From the NCBI RefSeq assembly GCF_009914755.1, contig NC_060946.1: a stretch of DNA of 64,000 nt; one strand, 5' to 3'. This DNA comes from the human T2T-CHM13v2.0 reference genome, Homo sapiens. The position numbers and the translations under genes are program-made. Each line of letters opens with the position of its first letter. Positions within the stretch are counted from its first letter, which is position 1. A model generated the notes under the pieces. The model did not search any database. It was not told the origin of the DNA and saw only the letters and a program-made list of their open reading frames with translations. This document shows, one piece after another, positions 49,301 to 64,000 of the stretch.

Positions 49301-52300
49301 TCACCTGGTGAACAGTGCAGAGGTATGGTTGTCCAGGCAGGCCTCCTGGCTGCACCTGCCGCAGTGCACAGGCCAGCTGAGGTGCACAGGAGCCCGTGGG
49401 CTGGCGGAGCTCTGCGGGCACCCGGAAACATGCAGGGAAGAGTGGAAGACTGGCATGGTTCCTGCGGCCGGGGGATGGTGGGGTGGGGTGGGAGGGTGTG
49501 GTGATGGTGGTGGTGGGGCCGGAGAGACGAAGAGGAAGGGGGCGAGGGTGAAGGGGTTAGGGGGGTGCGTTTGAGGGGCTGGCTCTCCAGATCTCTCCAG
49601 GAATCCCGCGGGAACTGGAAGCCTCTCTCTGGGCTCCCATGCGTCTTCAGCGGGAGAAACCGGCCTGGGAGGGTGGAGTGGAGTGTGGAACTGTACCTCC
49701 CTGGGAGTCTTGAGTGTTCCAGGCCCTCTCTCCGTGAAGGAGGCAGTGCCTGTGGGCCTACAGAGGGCGTTGTGACATCACTCTGCACGGATCACCCGGG
49801 TTATGTAACTCTTGTCTAGGCTCTGCCTACGGGGGATTGTGACTTATGTCTGCAATGATCACCCAGGAGATGTGACTCTTGTCTAAGCTATGCCTAGAGG
49901 GACATTGGGACATATCTCTGCACTGATTGCTGAGGTGATGTAAAACTTGTCTAGGCTTTGCCTACAGTGGGATTTATGACATATCTCTGCACTGATCACC
50001 CAGGTGATGTAACTCTTGTCTAGGATCTGCCTACAAGTGGTATTGTGAGATATCTCTGCACTGATGACCCAGGTGATGTACCTCTTGTCTAGGCTCTGCC
50101 TACAGGGGCATTTTACCATATCACTTCACTGATCACCGAGATGATGTAACTCTTCTTAAGGCTTCGCCGACAGGGGGCTTTGAGACATATCTCTGCACTG
50201 ATCACCAAGGTGATGCAACTCTTGTCTAGGCTCTGCCTACAGGGGCATTGTGACATATCTCTGCAGTGATCATGCAGGTGATGTAACTCTTTTCTATATC
50301 TGCCTACTGGCGGCATTGTGGCATGTTTCTGCACTGATCACCCAGGTGATGGACACTTGTCTTGGATCTGCCTATCAGGGTACAGTGACATATCTCTGCA
50401 CTGGTCACTCATGTGATGCAACGCTTGTCTATGCTGCGCCTAAAGGGGAATTGTGACAGATATCTCCACTGATCACCCAGGTGATGTAACAATTTTCTTG
50501 GTTTTGTCTGCAGGGGGCTTTGTGACATATCTTTGCACTGATCCCTGAGGAGATGTAACTCTTGTCTAGGCTCGGCCTACAGGGGTTTTGTGACATATTT
50601 CTGCACTGATCACCCAGGAGATGTAACTCTTGTTTAGGCTCTGCTTACAGGGGCTTTGTGACATATTTCTGTACTGACCACCCAGGTGACGTAACTCTAG
50701 TCTAGGCTCCACCTAGAGGGGGTATTGTGACGTATCTCTGCACTGATCACCCAGGTGATGTAACTCTTGTCTAGGCTTCACCTACAGGGGGTATTGTGAC
50801 GTATCTCTACACTGATCACCCAGGTGGTGTAACATTTATCTAGGCTTTGCCTACAGGGGCGTTTTGACATAGCTCTGCTCAGATCACCTAGGTTATGTAA
50901 CTCTTGTCCTCTCTCTACCTACAGGGGGCATTGTGAAATATCTCTGCACTGATCACCCAGGTGATGGGACTCTTCTCTATACTCTGCCTAGAGCGTGAAT
51001 TGTGACATATCTGTGCTCTGATCACCCAGGTGATGGAAGTCTTGTCTACACTCTGTCTATGGGGGCATTGTGTCAAATATCTGCACTGATCACCCAGGTG
51101 ATGTAACTCCTTTCTAGGCTCTGTCTACAGGTATTTTTGTGACATATCACTGCACTGATCACCTAGGTGATGTAAGCCTTGTATGGGCTTTGCCTACAGA
51201 AGGCTTTGTGACATATCTATGCACTGATCTCTGAGGTGATGCAACTCTTGTCTAGGCACTGCCTACAGGGGATAGTGGTACATATCTCTGCACTGATCAC
51301 CCAGGTGATGGACTCTTGTCTTAGATCTGCCTACATGGACCTTGTGACACATCTCTGAACTGATAAAGCATGTGATGAAACTCTTGTCTAGGCTCTGCCT
51401 ACAGGGGCTTTGTGACACATCTCTGCACTGATCACCCTAGGCAGGGAACTCTTGTCTACGCTCTGCCTACAGGAGGCTTTATGACTTATACCTGCACTGA
51501 TAACCTCTGTGATGTAACACTTGTCTAGACTCTGCCTACACTTGAATTCTCACATATCTCTGCATTGATCACCCAGGTGACGGACTCTTGTCTTGGATCT
51601 GTCTATGGGGGCATTGTGACATATCTCTGCACTGATCACCCAGGTGATGTAACCCTTGTCTAAGCTCTGTCTACAGGGGCATTGTGAGAGATCTCTCCAC
51701 TCTTCACCCAGGTGATGTAATAATTGTCTGGGCTTTGCTTACAGGGGGCTTTGTGATATACATTTCTACTGATCAAACAGGTGATGTAACCCTTGTCAAG
51801 GTTCTGCTTACAGGGGCTTTGTGACATATCTCTGCACTGATCATCCCAGGGAGGAAACATGTGTCTACACTCTGCCTACAGGAGGCTTTATGACTTATCC
51901 CTGCACTGATCACTAGGTGATGTAACACTTTTCTAGGCTCTGTCTATGCAGGAATTTTCACATATCTCTACACTGATCACCAAAGTGATGTAACTCTTGT
52001 CTACGTTCAGCCTACTGGGTATTTCTGACATACCTATGCACTGATCACCGAGGTGGTGTAAATCATTTCCAGGCTTTTTGTACAGGGGACATTGTGATAT
52101 ATCTCTGCACTGATCAACCAAATGATGCAAATCTTCTCGGCTCCGCAGGGATGGGGCATTGTTACATATTTCTGAACTGATCACCCAGGTGATGTAACTC
52201 TTTTCTATTCTCTGCCTACCGAGGGCATTATGACATCACTCTGCACGGATCACCCGGGTTGTATAACTCTTGTCAAGGCTCTGCCTATGTTGGCATTGTG

Positions 52301-54540
52301 ACTTATCTCTGCACTGATCACCTACGAGATGTGACTCTTGTCTAAGCTCTACCTAGAGGGACATATGGATATATCTCTACACTGATCGCTGAGGCGATGT
52401 AAAACAAGTCTAGGCTTTGCCTACAGTGGAATTTATGACATATCTCTGCACTGATCACACAGGTGATGTAACTCTTTTCTAGGCTCTGCTTACAGCGGGT
52501 ATTGTGAGATATCTCAGCACTGATCACCCAGGTGATGTAACTGTTGTCTAGGCTCTGGCTACAGGGGGCTTTTAACACATATCTGCACTGATCACCGAGG
52601 TGATGTAACCCTTGTCTAGGCTCTGCCAAAAGCGGACATTGTGACATAACACTGCACTGATCATCCAGGTGATGGGACCCTTGTCTAGGCTCTGCCTACA
52701 GGGGCATTGTGACATATCTCTGCAGTGATCACGCAGGTGATGTAACTCTTGTCTATATCTGCCTACTGGCGGCATTGTGGCGTATTTCTGAACTGATCAC
52801 CCAGGTGATGGACTCTTGTCTTGGATCTGCCTATGGGGGCATAGTGACATATCTCTGCACTGATCACTCATGTGATGTAACGCTTGTCTAAGCTGCGCCT
52901 AAACGGGAATTGTGACAGATATCTCCACTGGTCACCCAGGTGATTTAACAATTTTCTGGGGTTTTTCTACAGGGGGCTTTGTGACATATCTTTGCACTGA
53001 TCACCCAGGTGATGTAACAATTTTCTGGGATTTTTCTACAGGGGGCTTTGTGACATATCTTTGCACTGATCACCCAGGAGATGTAACTCTTGCCTAGGCT
53101 TGGACTACAGGGGCTTTGTGACATATTTCTGCACTGATCACCCAGGTGATGTAACTGTTGTTTAGGCTCTGCCTACAGGGGCATTGTGACATGTTTCTGT
53201 ACTGATCACCCAGGTGATGTAACTCTTGTGTAGGCTCCACCTACAGGGGCATTGTGACGTATCTCTGCATTGATCACCCAGGTGATGTAACATTTATCTA
53301 GGCTCTGCCTCCAGGGGCGTTTTGACATAGCTCTGCACAGATCACCTATGTTATGTAACTCTTGTCCACTCTCTGCCTACAGTGGGCATTGTGAACTATC
53401 TCTGCACTGACGACCCAGGTGATGGGACTCTTCTCTATACTCTGCCCAGAATGGGACTTGTGACATATCTCTGCCCTGATCACCCAGGTGATGGAAGTCT
53501 TGTCTAGGCTTTGTCTATGGGGGCATTGTGTCAAATATCTGTACTGATCACCCAGGTGATGTAACTCTTTTCTTGGCTCTGTCTACAAGGATTAGTGTGG
53601 CATATCACTGCACTGATCACCTAGGTGATGTAAGCCTTGTATGGGCTTTGCCTACAGAAGGCTTTGTGAGATATCTATGCACTGATCTCTGAGGTGTTGC
53701 AACTCTTGTCTAGGCACTGCCTACAGGGGACATTGGTACATATCTCTGCACTGATCACCCAGGTGATGGACTCTTGTCTTAGATCTGCCTAAATGGACAA
53801 TGTGACACATCTCTGAACTGATCAACCAAGTGATGAAACACTTGTCTACGCTCTGCCTACAGGAGGCTTTATGACTCATACGTTCACTGATTACCTATGT
53901 GATGTAACACTTGTCTAGACTCTGCCTACACGGGAATTCTCACATATCTCTGCACTGAACATCCGGGTGATGTAACTCCTGTCTAGGTTCAGCCTACAGG
54001 AGCCTTTTGACATATCTCTGCACTGATCACCCAGGTGATGTAACCCTTGTCTAAGCTCTCCCTACAGGGGCATTGTGACAGATCTCTCCACTGCTCACCA
54101 AGGTGATGTAACAATTGTCTGGGCATTGCCTACAGGGGACTTTGTGATATACATTTCCACTGATCAAACAGGTGATGTAAGCCTTGTAAGGTTCTGCTTA
54201 CAGGGGCTTTGTGACATATCTCTCTACTGATCACCCCAGGGAGGAAACACTTGCCTACACTCTGCCTACAGGAGGCTTTACGACTTATCCGTGCACTGAT
54301 CTCTAGGAGATGTAACACTTGTCTAGGTTCAGCCTACTGGGGAGGTCTGACATTCCTATGCACTGATCACCGAGGTGATGTAAATCATTTCCAGGCTTTT
54401 TGTACAGCGGACATTGTGATATATCTCTGCACTGATCACCCAAACGATGCAAATCTTCTCTAGGCTCTGCAGGGAGGGGGCATTGTGACATGTTTCTGAA
54501 CTGATCATCCAGGTGATGTAACTATTCTCCAGGCTTTGAC
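46316..54540. repeat. Beta-satellite array, interrupted at 48898-49756
   Basis: ~68-bp tandem monomers. Confidence 0.96.
48898..49756. other. Complex rearrangement cluster of D4Z4 and beta-satellite shards in both orientations
   Basis: About eight fragments of ~45-300 bp, each matching another part of the window. Confidence 0.88.
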
Positions 54541-59490
<4,950 letters not shown>

Positions 59491-60114
59491 TCATGAATGG
59501 CGGTGAGCTCTGGGACAGCCCGCCCCACCCCAGAAGGGTCCCAGGACGTCGAAGCCTTTGGCTCGGGTGTGGTGGGGAGGGGGGAGACGGCCTGATGATG
59601 GTGGTGTTGGGGCCGGAGAGACGAAGAGGAAGGGGGTGAAGGGGAAGGGGTGAGGGTGGCACGTTTCGGGGGCTGGCTCTCCAGACCTCTCCAGGAATCC
59701 CACGGGAACTAGAAGCCGCTCTATGGGCTCCCACGCGTCTTCAGCAGGGAGAAACCGGCCTGGGAGGGTGGAGGGGAGTGTGGAACTGTACGTCCGTAGA
59801 GTCTTGAGTGTTCCAGGCCCTCTCTCCGTGAAGGAGGCTGTGGCTGTGGGTGTCGCCATTGCCGGGACAGTCTCACACAGGCAGTCTTGTGGCTCTCGTT
59901 CATTTCCACATGGGAGACCTGAGCGAGACGCCAGAGAGAAGATGCCTCCCCGGCGTGATGGCCTTACGATGGATTCCCGTGTGCGGCAACATGGGGAGTC
60001 TGCAGTGTGGTCGGTTTGGAAACTGGCAAAGAGAGCGAAGGCACCATGCCGGTCTTCCACCCTTCCCTGCATGTTTCTGGGTGCCCGCAGAGCTCCGGGA
60101 GAAAACAGTCAGCA

Positions 60115-63100
60115 TGACACATCTCTGAACTGATCAACAAAGTGATGTAACACTTGTTTAGGCTCTGCCTACAGGGGCTTTGTGACATATCTCTGCACTG
60201 ATCACCCAGGTGATGTAACGCTTGACTAGGCTCTGCCTACGGAGCATAGTGACATAACACTGCATTGATCACCGAGGTGGTGGTACTCTTGCCCAGGCTC
60301 TGCCTATACGGGCCCTTGTGATATATCTCTGCACTGATCATCTAGGTGATGTAACTGTTGCTTACGCTCTGCCTGGAGGGGCATTGTGAAATATCTCTGC
60401 ACTGATCACCCAGGTGATGGGACTCTTCTCTAGGCTCTGCATATTGGGCACATTTTCACATATTTCTGCACTGATCACCCAGGTGACGGACTCTTGTCTT
60501 GGATTTGCCTATGGGGGCATTGTGACACATCTCTGCACTGATCACCTAGGTGATGTAACTCTGGTCTAAGCTCCGCCTAAAGGGGCATTTTGACAGATCT
60601 CTGCACTGATCACTCAGGTGATGCAACTATTTTCTAGGCTCCGCTTAAAGGGGCCTTGTCACATATCTCTGCACTGATCACACAGGTGATGAACACTTGT
60701 CTAGGCTCTGCTCACAGGGGTTATTGTGATATATCTCTGCAAAGATCACCTAAGTGATGTAACACTTGTGTAGGCTCTGCCAAAAGGGGCATTTTGACAT
60801 ATCTCTGCACTGTTAACCAAGGTGATGTATCTATTTTCTAGGCTGTGCCCACAGGGGGATTGAGACATATCTCTGCACTGATCCCGAGGTTATCCAACTC
60901 TTGCCTGGTCTCTGCCTACAGGGGACATTGTGACATATCTCTGCACTGATCTCCCAGGTGATGTAACTCTTTTCTAGTCTCTGCCTACAGAGTGCGTTGT
61001 GACATCACTCTGCACGGATCACCTGGGTTATGTAACTCTTGCCTAGGCTCTGCCTACGGGGGCATTGTGACTTATCTCTGCACTGATCACCCAGGAGATG
61101 TGACTCTTGCCTAAGCGCTGCCTAGAGGGACATTCGGAAATATCTCTGCACTGATCGCTGAGGTGATGTGAATCTTGTCTAGGCTTTGCCTACAGTGGGA
61201 TTTATGACATATCTCTGCACTAATCACCCAGGGGATGTAACTCTTGTCTAGGCTCTGCTTACTGGGGGTAATGTGAGATATCGCTGCACTGATCACCCAG
61301 GTGATGTAACTCTTGTCTAGGCTGTGCCTACAGGAGCATTTTAACATATCACTGCACTGATCGCCGAGATGATGTAACTCTTGTATAGGCTTCGCCGACG
61401 GCCTTGAGAAATATCTCTGCACTGATCACCGAGGTGATGCAACTCTTGTCTGGGATTTGCTTACAATGGGCATTGTGACATATCTCTGCCCTGATCACCC
61501 GGGTGATGTAACTCTTGTCTAGGCTCTGCCTACTGGAGATATTGTGACATATCTCCGCACTGATCACTCAGGTGATGTCAGTTTTGTCAAGGATATGGTT
61601 ACAGGGACATTGTGACATGTCACTCCACAGATCACACAGCTGATGTAACTCTTGCCTTCGCTCTGTCTACAGGGGGCTTGTGACACCTCTCTGCACTGCT
61701 CACCCAGGTGATGTAACCCTTGTCTAGGCTCTGCCAAAAGGGGGCATTGTGACATAATTCTGCACTGATCACCCAGGTGATGGGACTCTTCTCTAGGCTC
61801 TGCCTACTGGGGGCATTGTCACATACGTCTGCACTGATAACCCATGTGACGGACGGTTGTCTTGGATTTGCCTATGGGGGCATTGTGATATATCTCTGCA
61901 CTGATCACCCAGGTGATGTAACTCTGGTCTAAGCTCTGCCTAAAGGGGCATTGTGACAGATCTCTGCACTGATCACTCAGGTGATGTAACTATTGTCTAG
62001 GCTCTGCTTAACTGGGCCTTGTCACATATCTCTGCACTGGTCACCCAGGTGATGTAACTATTGTCTAGGCTCTGCTTACAGGGTGTATTGTGACATACCT
62101 CTGCACTGATCACCTAAGTGATGTAACAATTGTGTAGGCTCTGCCTACAGGGGCATTTTGACATATCTCTGCACTGTTAACCGAGGTGATGTAACTCTTG
62201 TCTAGGCTGCGCCCACAGGGGGATTGAGACATATCTCTGCACTGATCCCGAGGTGATCCAACTCTTTCCTGGTCTCTGCCTACTGGGGACATTGTGACAT
62301 ATCTCTGCACTGATCTCCCAGGTGCTGTAACTTTAGTCTAGGCTCTGGCTACACGGCATTGTGACTTATCACTGCACTGATCACCCAGGTGATATAACTC
62401 TTGTCTAGTCTCTCCCTACAGGGGTCTTGTGACGTATCTTTGCACTGATCACCCAGGTGTTATAACTCTTCCCTAGGATGTGCCTACAGGGTGGTTTGTG
62501 ACATATCCCTGCAATGATCACCCAGGTGATATACCACTTTTCAAGGTTCTGCCTACAGGAGCATTGCGATGTATCTCTGCACTGATCACCTAGGTCATGT
62601 AACTCTTGTCTAGGTTCTGCCTACAGTGGCATGGTGACATATGTCTGCACTGATCATCCAAGTGATGTAAAACTTGTCTAGGATCTGCCTAAAGGGACTT
62701 TGTGACATAACTCTACACTGATCATCCAGCTGATGGGGCTTTTGTCTAGGCTCTGCCTAAGGGTGCATTGTGACATAATTCTGCACTGATCACCCAGGTG
62801 ACGGACCCTTGTCCTGCATCTACCTATGGGGACATTGGGACATATCTCTGCACTGATCACCCAGGTGATGTAACTGTTGTATAAGCTCTGCCTACAGGGG
62901 AATTGTGAGAGATCTCGCCAGTGATCACCCAAGTGATGTAACTAGTGTCTTGGCTTTGCCTACAGGGGCTTTGTGACATACATTCGCACTGATCAACCAG
63001 TTGATGTAACTCATCTAAGTTCTGCCTACAGGAGCTTTGTGACATATCTCTGCACTGATCACTTAGGTGATGTAACACTTTTATAAGCACTGCCTACAGG

Positions 63101-64000
63101 GAATTTTGACAAATCTGTGCACTGATCACCTAGGTGACGTAACTCTTGTCTACCATCTGCCCAAAGGGGGCATTGTGAAATATCTCTGCACTGATCACCC
63201 AGGTGATTCAACTCTTGTCTAGGATCCGCCTACAGGGTGTATTGTGAAATATCTCTGCACTGATCACCCAGGTGATTCAACTCTTGTCTAGGATCCGCCT
63301 ACAGGGTGTATTGTGAAATATCTCTGCACTGATCACCCAGGTGATTCAACTCTTGTCTAGGATATGCCTATAGGGGGTATTGTGACATATTTCTGCACTG
63401 ATCAACTAGGTGATGTAACTCTTGTTTAGGCTCTGCCTACAGGGGCGTTTTCACATATCCCTGAACTGATGACAAAGGTGATGTAACTCTTGCCTATGCT
63501 TTGCCTACAGGGGCATTGCGACATATCTCTGCACTGATCACCCAGGTGATGCAACTCTTCTCTATGCTCTGCCTCCAGGGGACGTTGTGACATATCTCTG
63601 CACTGATCACCCAGGTGATGCAACTCTTCTCTAAGCTCTGCCTACAGGGGGCATTGTGACATATCTCTGCACTTATCACCCAGGTCATGTAACCCTTTTC
63701 TAGTCTCTGCCTACAGAGTGCGTTGTGACATCACTCTCCTTGGATCACCTGGGGTATGTAACTCTTGTCTAGGCTCCGCCTATGGGGGCATTGTGACATA
63801 TCTCTGCACTGATCACCCAGGACATGTGACTCCTGTCTCAGCTCAGCCTAGAGGGACATTGGGACATATCTCTGCACTGATCACCCAGGTGATGTAAGTC
63901 TTTTCTAGGCTCTGCTTACGGGGGCCATTGTGAGATATCTCTGCACTGATCACTCAGGTGATGTAACTCTTGTCTAGGCTCTGCCTACAGGAGCATTTTC
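60115..64000. repeat. Beta-satellite array
   Basis: ~68-bp monomers to the end of the window. Confidence 0.97.

Overview
This is primate (human-like) heterochromatic DNA, of the kind found on acrocentric short arms, in pericentromeres or on Y; the species and chromosome cannot be fixed from the sequence alone. Two long 68-69-bp beta-satellite (BSR/Sau3A) arrays (1-22932 and 46316-64000) carry D4Z4-like units. The window holds seven DUX4-like pseudogene copies: three in the left array, two in the right array, and an inverted pair at 43420-46315. Four copies keep the full 'terminal D4Z4 + pLAM/exon 3 + beta-satellite' layout of the FSHD-permissive 4qA end, but none has the ATTAAA signal. The arrays flank a ~20-kb segmental-duplication block containing old diverged beta-like satellite, an ERV1 provirus with nested Alu and LTR5, a ZNF143-motif tandem repeat, L1s, Alus, an LTR17 fragment and an unprocessed CLUH pseudogene. 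There is no intact protein-coding gene. Highlights are a DUX4 copy whose 422-codon frame is broken by a single nonsense codon, an ~860-bp chain of templated D4Z4 and satellite shards in both orientations, an inverted DUX4 pair with a hairpin junction, and direct homology of the DUX4 poly(A) site to a beta-satellite motif. I found no evidence for a wholly new functional system; the novel signals are structural and evolutionary. Family assignments come from recalled consensus sequences, not database searches.
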